Shown here piece by piece: positions 23,001 through 35,424 of a stretch of 38,236 bases of DNA. The notes beneath the pieces were generated by a model that saw nothing but the letters and a program-made list of their open reading frames with translations, searched no databases and was not told the DNA's origin. Position 1 is the first letter of the stretch, and each line of letters starts with the position of its first letter. The DNA lies in the NCBI RefSeq assembly GCF_001194135.2, contig NC_068983.1, positions 93,086,975 through 93,125,210 on the forward strand, read 5' to 3'. Source of the stretch: Octopus bimaculoides. Taxonomy: Eukaryota. The position numbers were made by a program, and so were the translations under genes.

Positions 23001-26000
23001 GTGTGTGAGTAAAAGGGAGAGAGAGGCTAACCACAATGGACTTGAAAGAGAGACTAATAGTGAAACTTGTAGTGGTTAAATTTGTATTTATTGAGCTGAT
23101 GATGGCCTGGAATGAGCTGGTGTTACATTAGTGACTGTTATAGTTAATCAGGTTATCTAGAAAGGTATTTACTCTAATGGCTGCAATGTCAGCAAAATTA
23201 TTAAGTGCTAGATGTGCTAGAGCAGTCTGTTGGGACTTAGAGAATTGATTGATGAAAATGGTAGAAGAGTTAATAATATTAGTTAGTACAAGATAAAGTT
23301 CAGTTGAACAACATATAGTTTTAATTTGTCTTAAGAGATGGAAACATGGACACCATATTCCCGGTAAGTAAACTGCAAAAAAAAAAAAAAGCCAAGACCC
23401 ACAATTTACATTTATTGATTAAAAAAAAACCCTTCGACAGAGTTCCATGTTCTGTAAGCAGGGGGTGTAGTTCAAACTATATATAAGATTGGTATTGAAC
23501 TCAATGAGGAATATACAACAATATTTTTCAAGATTCCTAAGGCTGGTTATTCTTTGTAACTTTTCTATGCTGATGATTTGATTCTGATTTCAGAATCTAT
23601 TGGAAGAAAAGACAAAAACAGTATGGGCTAAGACAGCTAACAAGTTACGGAAGACAGAAAAGTCCAGTAGCATCAGGATCTGCATTGACATTACATATGC
23701 TTTTTGAGAAATTTGGTTAAAATACTGTCATTGTACTTGACATTAGCAGAGCATCAACCACACAAATCTCCTGGCAAAACTGTCTGCCTCTGGGATCCAT
23801 CTGTCTCTAATCTCATGGACTTTCTCATCATGGTGTTTTACTGATGGAGTTCTCTCTAGCTAACCCTTTCAAATATGGTGTACCCCAAAGTTTGGTTTTG
23901 TCCCATACATCCTTCCTCCTATTCGTCAACAATCTACTTGCCATTGCCTTCAACAATGCCCACTCTTATGCAGAGAATACCACCCTTCATCCTTTCCTAA
24001 CTTTCCACACACCTAACACCATCTACATGCAACCTAGATACCTCATGCTAAACCTACAATGACTCTATGAATGGAAACTTTGAAAACATCATACAATCAG
24101 GCCATTCTTGTTTTGTTGCCTTAAACAACACAAAGACACAATCACTATACATACCAAGAAACTATTATCATTTTATTCATTACTTGTTTTAGTCATTAGA
24201 CTGTGGTCATGCTGGGGCACCACCTTGAAGAATATTAATTGAATGAATTGACCCCCAGAACTTTATTTTTTAAAGCCTGGTACTTATTCTATCAATCTCC
24301 TTTGCCGAACTGCTAAGTTATAGGGATGTAAGCACACCAGTTGTCAAGCAGTGGTGGTTGCGGGGGGACAAACAAACACACACACAATGGGTTTATTACA
24401 GTTTCCATCTACCAAATCCACTCACAAGGCTTTGGTTGACTCAAGGCTATAGTAGAAGAAACTTGCCCAAGGTGTCATGCAGTGAGACTGAACTATGTTG
24501 TTTGGAAGCAAACTTCTTACCCCACAGCCATGCCTGCACCCTTTACAACACAAATGTGAACAACATGTGCCAATTGTGAAAGGTGCCAATTGTGAAAGGT
24601 GCCAATTGTGAAAGGTGCCAATTGTGAAAGGTGCCAATTGTGAAACTGATGTGTTATAAACATATTAAATGGCAAAGTAAACTCAATTTCTACAAAACAT
24701 TGAGAAATTTCAAAATTCAATTTAATTGAAAATTCAATTCTATGCTTTGGATATGAAGAATATTAAGTTATGTCTTAATTGTTAATAAAATCATTTCATT
24801 TCAAAGCTATTAGAAATAAAAATCAATAATGTAGTTATGGGGCTACAAATTTGCGGGAAAAGACAATACTTGACCCATGTACATTTTATCAATTCAAGAA
24901 AGACAAAATTCCCAGTTAACTCCAGTATAATTTGAACTTTGAACATTAAGGGATTTAACAAATTTGTTTCTACCATGTTACCATCTACATCTTCATCTAA
25001 TAGATACTATTTTTTAAAATCAATTTAATATGCTGAAAAATACATATACAAACACATGCAGAAGAAAATCATTAAAGAAACCTCTAACATGTGTTTAATA
25101 CTTCAACAAGCTTTTCCCAAAATATGTCTTCAATATTTCACTTTCACAAATAGTTTAAAATAATGTATTTTCTTTTCAAATCTGTAATCCCACCTACTTA
25201 GTTCACAGATAAAAACTGATTCAACAAAACCAAGCATATATGTAAGATATTTTTATAATGAGATATAAATTGCTTTGGGTGGGGGAATACCTATTTTATT
25301 TATTCATATCTTGAAAGTTACATTGCCAAAAGTAATAAAAAATATATGCAAATGATATAGATTTGTGATGTAAAGTTTATTGTATTTGGAATATACACTT
25401 GGTCATAAAAGCTCATGGTTTAACCAGAAATAAATATGACTTATTCTAAATCAAATGTATTTCCTGCCGTATATTCAAACTGTGAATGATGACTACAGTA
25501 AGAGATTAAATTTTATTCATAGTGTCTCAAAAGAGACTTTTTTTTCAAATGCAATTCTTTACATATTGTGAGTGTTTGTCCTTAAAACTGAGTTGGCAAT
25601 GGTAGTAATAGAAGCCAATAAACTTTGCTTTCCATTCACACTGCAATAACTAGTTCGAAAATCTAGCTCATAAAAATACAATCAGTCAAGCTAATGAGAA
25701 GATTTCTGAAAATTGCTTACAAGAATGAAGCAAACACACTGAAAACAGTCCATATTCTATAGAAATGAAACTATAATATCACAAGCACATAATTAGATAC
25801 AAGTGCAATGACAGTTATTGTTCGACCTTACAACAAACTTTACATAGTTTCTCACACATTTTTCTTCCATTTAAACTGCAGCAAATATCCAGTATAACAT
25901 TCTGTATTTTAACCATCATTATCAACTAACAAAATTCATCTTTCATTCTAACATAGGAAAACCAAAGCCAAAACATGGCCAAATATTATTTTAAACTAAG

Positions 26001-29000
26001 GAAAACAGCCACAGCAATGCATGCAAGGAACATATAGAAGAAACAAATTGCAAATACATAGTTACTCATCAATATTCAGTTAGGTTGACATAAAAGTATG
26101 TTATATGTTACAGTAACATTTTGATTATATTAACTGTAATATCTTTAGAACAGGTGAGTTTATGAAATATCTACAATAACACCAAAAGAAATAATTTGGC
26201 TAGAAATAGAAAAGGTTAAATTATCTGAAGCAAATTCCATTTTAAAGAATCATTTAGCATTAACTAGACTAATTATTTATTTTATAATTACTATCCAATT
26301 CTGGTAATGATAAAATAAGCTGATGATGATTGGTAATCTTGTCACTGTAAACTTTAAATAATCTCATTTTGATACAAGGGTAACAAAATATTCCAAAAAT
26401 ACCCCAAAATTGTCTATTTCTATAAGCCAGATAAGCAAACTTACAGCATAAAAACAAAACAAGATTTTTGCAAATTTAGTAAACACAGATTTGTACATCT
26501 TTAACTTTAGTTTACAACCTTTATTTTTAATGTAGAAATGACAAGTCTCCAAGGAAAGATTTGTAAAGATGATAATTGTATTTATTTCTGCCTTTAACAT
26601 TCATGAGGTAATAAATTTCTAGGAAACACCAGGATTGATGTTAATGAGAATATATGCATACACAGGATGTTAGAAGAGACTATGGTATAAAATTTGAGAG
26701 AATAAAATGAAATGGAAATAAAGCAGCTATCAGACATATAAACAATGAAGATACATGAGTTAAAAGGATTGGAACTATAAATGAAGTGATTCTTACATAA
26801 CTCTGAATATGTATAGTAAGTATTTCATATTAAGTTGTGAAAATTAATACAAAATTAGCAGCAACAAAAACAAATTGAAAGATACTAGCAAGATAAAATG
26901 TTGGTGATAAATATCTGATGGTTTCTGTTAAATAATTTCTCTTTAATTATACAAGTAGTTTAAAAGTTTAAACTTTCACAAGTTGGCTAATGTCAAAAAG
27001 ATAAGAGAATACGATAACTATAAAACAAAAATAAATTAGAAATTATGACTGTTGATGTGGAGAACATAGTATTTATCTTAAAGTTACATGGTGATAGGAG
27101 TATGTTTATAGCTGACATAACTTGGAGAAAAAGAAATAGAGAACATTGAGTTTATGATATGACTCTAGATGGACAAAAGTAAGTAAAACACAAAAAAACA
27201 CATTCAGTTTAGATTTCAAGCAGCAGTTAAATCAACTTTCCAATAATCTGCTCAACATTATTAATAATAACAGAGTAACAGACTCTTGCGACTATACAAG
27301 TTTGCTATAAATATATCAAAAACCTAATCAAAGACAAAAATTAAAAGATAAAAAAAACAACCATACTAGCAAATACAAAGTGATATAAAATCAGCAATGT
27401 AACATCCTTAAGCCTATGTCACATAGAGTTTCATGCATATAAAATAAATCTTTCTAATATTCTATTTCCATATTTATTAAGGTTTTCTGAGTTCTGTAGT
27501 ATAAATCTCAACAAATTTACAGGCGTTCTCTTCTGCTGTTAACAACAAGGCCAATATTAAAATATCATTCCCACAGGAGGCAACAATATCTAATGTTAAT
27601 CCATCTCCCTGGAAATGCAATTTTCTTTTATTCTAAACAAGACAACTCTCCTAGACCTCAGTAGCTATTTACAGTGTAGTAAAAAAAGATTGTCCCTTTG
27701 GAATTGCTTGTTTTACTTTTTTCTATTTAGAAGTGAATTCCAAGTTAACAAAAGTAAAAACTCTATATAAATAATGCATGTATAATGAAATCATTAAGCT
27801 TATTGCATCTGTCTCACAAACCAAAACTCAGACCGAAAATCTGTAGAATTATATCTTTCTTTATAGAACTTTCATGAAAATCAGACACAAGACATTGGTA
27901 CAACACTCATCTGATGGACTCCGCCCCCCACCAAAAAAAAAGAAGGAAAAAAACAAAACAAATTCTTTAGTTCTTAGCTTTGAAGAAGTTAAATGTTAAA
28001 CAGATTCCAATTTATGCTTTCTATATTATCCAAAATCTAAATTGCAACTGACAGCAGGCGGGTATCATTTTTCAAAAAGATTAATCTAAAACTAGATTAT
28101 CTGACTTTCAAACAATCTGAAAATGAATTTAGAAAATACTTGCCTAAATCAATATGAAGATACAAGTATCCCCTCTTCAATTCTATAGCAAGATAGTCTC
28201 CTTGGTCACCATTTGTATAGAAAAGAACACCATCAGCTTTACTGGTTCTGAAATGGATTCTAAGAAGATCTTGTTTAGTATGTATGGGTATTGGCAAGTT
28301 GGTGAGGTCATAGGTAATGTAAGTGTTCTGATCAAAAAAGCTGACGTCAGATTCTGAAATATATATTAAAACAGAAATGATTATTGCTAAAATCTTTACA
28401 TGTAAACAAAACTACAAAAGACTCTTTAAAAATTGTATTTTATTATAAATTAATAAGGAGAAAGAAAATGTATGGGTTATAATGTTGACAATTTTAATTT
28501 CCAAATTATTAATTCATTAACACTCAATTAATGGAATATTCACATCTTAGAAAATGAAATTCGTTAGGAATGTTTAAGCACTTTGCATGCTTTTAACAAC
28601 TTGAAAAAACAATGAATAAATTCCCTATTAAACACAAAATCTTAAACTTACCAAAACTACATCCATAAATTTCTACCCTCAGTGACATCGAAGAACTCCA
28701 ACGCTGTGGACGAAATTTGATATATTGTGCCCTTATGGGAAATGTGAGGGTATTTTTCTTGACATCATGTCCATTTGAATTGCCAATAAATACCTGTAAT
28801 CAAATCAATAATACTTTTGTTGAAACAGCTATTCTTTCATATAATAAATATTTCCTTAACTGATTAATCAACAAATCAATGAAGTACCACTATTTAAAAT
28901 GACATCACCACTGGTTCCTATTTCTTCATCTATTGTCCACTTAATTTACTATTAGAATTTTGATTCCATCAATGTTTTTAAGTTTGATGTACATTCTGTT

Positions 29001-32000
29001 ACATATGCTTTAATACATTTCTGTACAAGCTAATAATGAAGTCTTTTCATGATCAGTCAGCCTGCTAGAAGAAATAGTAAATAATACTCACTCAAGTTAT
29101 AGAGTAACATCTTTAAAAAACAATTTTTTTTGAAGATAGGAAATTTGACAATGTAGTTCTGGATATACAAAACAGTCACAGCTGGAATATCTGATCATAG
29201 ATTTAATTGGTCAGGGCTAATTTGGGACTAAACAAAAACATGGTTATAAACTATAATTAATTATAAAGCTAGAGATTATACTAAATTATGAAACATTGTT
29301 ATATACAATACTGTATTATAAAACATTTCTGCAGACTATACCACAAACTAAAACTTTTCTACAAATCAAGTGTCTCTGGAGGTAAGCTGAAATGGAAATA
29401 GATTTTGCATTTTGTAGGTCAAAGTGATCCTACAAAGATTTGGAAACAGCTTGTTTTTATAATTACTTAATTTTTTTTTGTTACAGGAATATATATTGGG
29501 TCTTCCCATAAATAATGCGTTTTTTTTAACGCATCTTTTATTTTTCAAAATTAAGGTAAAGTTCTTTTTTAATCTAAAATATACTCTCCTTCATTTTCTA
29601 CAATGCTCTTCCATCTATCTGGTAGACTTGCAAAGCCCCTCTTCCAAAATTCACTAGTCTGTGATGTAAAATATTCTTTCAGTACTATTCTGACCTCGTC
29701 TACAGAATTTATATTTTTTCTGTTCAAATGATTTTGAAGACTGTGACATAAATGATAATCAAATGGGGCAAAGTCTGGTGAATATGGTGGGTGAGACATC
29801 GTTTCCCATTCAAATGCTCCAGCTTTATGGAATGTCATCCACACTGTATGTGGTTGAGCATTATCCTGATGGAAGAACACCGTTTGTCTTGAAACCAAAG
29901 ACGGTTGTTTTTCTTCTAGTGCTGATTTGAATGACTGGTTGAATGACCAAATTTAAGCTTTTCTGTTAGTTCAACAGTTATGATGGGATTTTGCTCTACC
30001 AGGGTTTGCAGGACGTCCTTGTCAAGCTCTACAGTTCTTTCAGGATGAGGCTTGTCTTCTAGGCTGTAGTTTCTGGCTTGGAATTTCTGGAACTACTGCT
30101 CACACTGGCTTACACTTATAGTCCAATCACCATATATTGCATTAATGTTCCTTACACTTTCTGTTACATTGCTGCCTTTATTGAACTCATAAAGCAAAAT
30201 ATGCCAAATATGCTCCTTTTCACTTCCACTATAACATTGAAAGTGTTACTGTTATAATTGAACTGTACTCTTCAAAACTTACGCTAAGAATAACCACAAG
30301 GTAAAATTACTACCTGCTTTTAGAGCAAATTGATGCAGGTAGATCATCCTGTCCCCCTCTGACTTTTAGTTCATGCAATTGAAAAAAATCACATTATTTA
30401 TGGGATGACCCACTACTTTCAAAAACTTCCATCTTTCTCAAACAATATGAACTATGAAATTCTTTCTTTGTGACAAAATATTGTTAAACTGAATTTTAAA
30501 TTTTGTGGTTCTTGTAATCCAAACCTACTGCAAGTGGTGACCAGTTAGCACTGGACTATGAATGGATTCAATATAGTTTGTCTTTGAAAATGTATTTTGC
30601 ACATAAACAAGTTGTACTAAATACTAAAAATGTCTCTGAAAAAGATTTTAAAGAATTATATCCTTCATCTGGGTGTCATTTATAAAAGCCAATCAAGTTT
30701 TCTCTTTTGTAGTTGTCTTTTAGTACGCCATTTAACTGAAGTTGATGATCTGGCAGAAGTTCCTCAATGATGCATTTTCACTGACATCTAAAATATGCTG
30801 TTGAAACTGAAGCAACAAAACTAGTGAGAATGTCTGAACTGACTTTGAAAGGAAGTGGAGAATCTGCTGTATTTTTCTCAGATGGGAAAATGGTTGAAGT
30901 TATTTATCATTAGCTGGGGGTGAAAAAATGTTTTATGGTAAAAAGCATTCATTACAGAATATATGTCACATATAAGTTTAGATCTGTCTTGTAATTAAAG
31001 CTTAAGCTTGTTAAAATGCATCAAGCAGTCAACTGAGAATGCCAATTTCCATAACTATTCATCCTTTGGAAATAGCAGCTGAATATGATTTTTTTCACTC
31101 AAAAGATGTCAACCACCATCCAAAGTTAAAACAATTCTGAGATAACTTTACAACTATTAAGTTACCAGATAGAAGTGTGGCACAGCAAATTGCTATATTC
31201 AGCTTCCATTTCTTCCTAAAATGTTTGAAACTAGAAATAATTGAACACGTGTTTGAATAAAATTCTGTTAATACAACTGGCTCTATTACACATGACAGCG
31301 TTAAATATTTTCTAAGTGGCTGCTGATGAATGACGCTGTGAAATATTATACATTTCTGTATATCCCATACTCTGCCAAGATTTGTAGATTTGTCTCACGA
31401 AACACATTTTTTCCGCCAACAGTTTTAACACATTTTAGACATTTCCGAAACAGCTTGTACTTAATGTTTATTCAATTCTTTGAAAATGTCTTCCCAAGTA
31501 GTTCTTCCAAACATAATACTCGCAGAAACTTAATATTTTCTATCACTTCAAAGTTAGAATTAATTCTCTGAATGAGCACTGATAACATTGAATTACATAG
31601 ACAGCATCTTAATCAAAATAAATAAACAAACACAAATTGATGAAGCAATAACTAGAAGAAATCACAGGAAATCTTGTGTTTATTCTTTTAGTTGTTTAAG
31701 ATGTTGCCTGTCTTTGACACTTCTAGTAACTGTTTTTGCAGAACAACTAATATTCTTAAATAAATATATTTCTGGATATACTTAACAAGGTGAAAAGGTA
31801 AAAATTAGAGAATGGTGCATGCCTTGTAACATAAAAATCAAACACATGAAGAGAACTAAGACATTTTGGGGAAGAAGTGAGTACATAATGATAGCAGTGC
31901 ACATATCCTCACTGATGCTGTAGAAAAAGAAGCATGGATATGCTATCATAAAAGATTCTTGAATGAGAAGAATGCATGGGAGAAAGACTGCTAAAGCAGA

Positions 32001-34625
32001 CCAGTCACCGAAGTTGACAGCTATACAGTTAAAAGTGTGATTAAGGATATGAAGATAGGGAAAATAGCTGAACCATCAAGAAGTCCTAAAACTATCTGGC
32101 AATGGTCACACACTAGTCACTTGCATAGTTAATCAGGTAGTCGAAGAAAGTGTCATACCTTATTGTTAGTATTATCGTCAACTACTACAAGGACAAAGGA
32201 AATGCTTTATAGAGAAGGAGTTATAGAGTGTCAAACTGATGAGCCTGGTTATGAAAGTTACTGAAAAAGTTAATCATATTACAACTGATTAGGAATGGAA
32301 TTAGCCTAGATTAGATGCAGTTTGGATCTGCACTCAGAATAAGCTCCTATACCTAACATCTGTTGAGCTGGTCAAGGCCTTTGACAGGGCTCCACACTAG
32401 TTTTGTGGCCACTGAGGAAATTAGGGAGCGATGGGGTAGATAAGGTACCTGTAATGGCCATGCAGTTCATAATCAAATGAGTTAGCAATGAGTTCAGGAA
32501 CAAATTTAGAAAATAGACAGGGGGTCCAGTTGGACTTTAGTTCTCAGCCCTCACCTATTTATTATAGTCCTCTAGGCTATTACAAAGGAGTTTAAGACCA
32601 ACTTTCTATGGGGATTCCTTTAACTGATAACAAACAATTAGAGGGCCATTATTTAAATAAACCTAAGAAAAGCAAGAGATTGCAGAGGAACCAAAATGGT
32701 GGCCATTTATATTAAATTGAAAATTTTAAAAAGCTCAACAGATGGGCACTGCATGAGCTGAGTGATTAAAAAATTGGCATTACCAAGTTCCACACTTCTA
32801 TTGTGCAAGAAAAGCAATCTATTTTCTTAGTTGCATTATGACCTAAGACATAAAAAAAAAGAAAAAAGATTGTATACAACAATATAAGACATAATACTAA
32901 ATTATACAACATATATTACAGCTAACATCACATTCTTATTTTGATTCAGGTTCATACATTGTAGAAGATGAATCAAACCAAAGGGAAATGAGATGCTAAA
33001 TTTGGCTGAGGGTGGAGGTGGGCTTGATCTCAGAATGTGAAAGAATGCAACTAAATATTGCAAGACATTTAATCTCTTGATATAACATTTCTGTTACTCC
33101 ACCAGATATAAAAGCTTAAGAACAGTACATATTAGATGATATAGTCCTACACTTTCAGAAAGATGAGATTATTACAACTGGAAGGCATTTGATTATAGGT
33201 TCATCTGGAGATGAATACCAATAACAATGGCTTATTAATAATGTTCATCTTTCCATTCATTCTTTCTTTTTTTTTAAACATCTGATTGGCAAATGACAAT
33301 TTAGCTGGAGCAGAACAGCCTCCCTAAACTTATTGAATTCAGCTTGCAATGTCTAAAAATAGTGAAATACGAATAGGAAAACACAGCAGGAGCAGCAGTA
33401 CAATGTAAGGCAGTCATTTGTGAAGGAAGTTTACTAGATTGCATAAGTGTTCATGTTTATAGCAAAACTAACAAGATATAAACCAATATTTCATAAATGT
33501 TATTAAAATATATGAATTGCGGTGTCAATATTTAATGTGACAAACTGCGATAATTTTACTTGATAACCTTTAGATCAAATTCATATTGTCTAATATAGAT
33601 TAGTGTTCAAAACCTTAGAGTTCAATAATCCTAGGGCCTATTGGTGGCACATCAGGGTACCATAGCACTCAGGTTGAACAACATTTTATGAAATAAGTCA
33701 TTAGTGTCTAAAAAATTTAGATGTATAATAATTAATTTTGATTTAAATGAAACATTCTTGAATAGTTAATCCTATAATTATATTACATAGCTTTTCCTTA
33801 TAAACCAACATTTTAAATGGATTAATTTAATTGTAATCATCACCAGGAGCCAAGTATAAGTCATTAAGTCAGTGTGCTCAGGTTGGGTTTGATTCCCCCA
33901 AATTTTATTTCAGTCACAAATTGAACATTCTCTTGCTATGAGAGTTAAAAGAGATAGTTCATAACACTGCTGAGGAAGCACTCAGTAAATTTATGTTGAT
34001 TTCAACCAAATACAACCACCATAATTGAAAATTCATTTAGATATAATTAATGTGTGTTTAAGAAGTTCACTTTGCAACCATGGTTGTTTTGAGTTCTAAC
34101 CCACTGTACAGTAGCTATGGAAAGTGTCTTCTAGCTTAGCCCCAGGCCAACCAAAGCCTTGTGAATGAATTTGGTAGATGGAAACTGTGTGGAAGCCCAT
34201 CATAAGTGTGTGTGTATGTATGTGTGTGAGTGTTTGTACCCCCACCATTTGACAACTGGCATCAGTTTGTTCATTTGTTTTCCGTAACTTAGTGGTTCAG
34301 TAAAAGAGAGTGATAGAATAAGTACTACACTTAAAAAAATAAGTCCTGAGGTTGATTTGTCCAAGGCAGTACCTCAGCATGGGCACAGTTCCAGTGACTG
34401 AAACAAGTAAAAGATAAAAAAATATTCTTTTATTCTTTTACTTGTTTCAGTCATTAGACTGCGGCCATGCTGGAGCACTGCCTTGAAGGGTTTTAGTTGA
34501 ACAAATCAATCCCAGGACTTTTTTTTAAGCCTAGTACTTATCCTATCGTTCTCTTTTACTGAACTACTAAGTTACAGTGGCATAAACATACCAACACCGG
34601 TTGTCAAGCAGTGATGGGGAGACAG

Positions 34626-34668
<43 letters not shown>

Positions 34669-35391
34669 NNNNNNNNNNNNNNNNNNNNNNNNNNNNNNNN
34701 NNNNNNNNNNNNNNNNNNNNNNNNNNNNNNNNNNNNNNNNNNNNNNNNNNNNNNNNNNNNNNNNNNNNNNNNNNNNNNNNNNNNNNNNNNNNNNNNNNNN
34801 NNNNNNNNNNNNNNNNNNNNNNNNNNNNNNNNNNNNNNNNNNNNNNNNNNNNNNNNNNNNNNNNNNNNNNNNNNNNNNNNNNNNNATATATATTTTTTTA
34901 AAAACATGTAAATAAACAAATGAACATATACTAAATATACAGGTGAACAGAAAACACAGAAGGTCACCAACTCTTCATCAGTTATCGGCCTGAGAGTCAA
35001 ACGCAATTACAGCCATTATTGATAATATTGCTTCCACTCTGGAGGCACCGGCAAGAAACTTGCTAGGAATGGGATCAAAACAACAAAATGAGACAGGCTC
35101 GAGATGAGACCATTAGAGGGTGGCTTCTTTCAGTTTCTGTCAACCAAATCCACTCACAAAGCTTTGGTCATCCCGAGGCTAAAGTAAAAGACATATGCCC
35201 AAAGTGCCATGCTGTGGGACTGAATCTGGAACCATGTGGTTGAGAAGCAAGCTTCTTACCATACAGCCATGCCTGTGTCTAAAACAATAGCTATACCTTT
35301 ATCTTACTTATATGTGGCAAATGAAATAAGAGTAAGTGAATGTACATATGGATGGCATCAAATAATGAACAGTCTGAATCATCTATGGATG

Positions 35392-35424
<33 letters not shown>

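Noticed and set aside
24567-24645. CRISPR-like array
   Set aside because: The units are directly adjacent with no spacers, the repeat is only 16 bp, there are no cas genes, and the context is a eukaryotic intron.
32236-32260. CTGATGAG...GAAA hammerhead-like core
   Set aside because: No convincing stems II, III or I; it lies in RTE RT coding remnant (MSLVMKV).
34572-35006. Long ORFs 34572-35006, 34601-34915 and 34611-34901
   Set aside because: They are artefacts of translating through the N gap and (TA)n.
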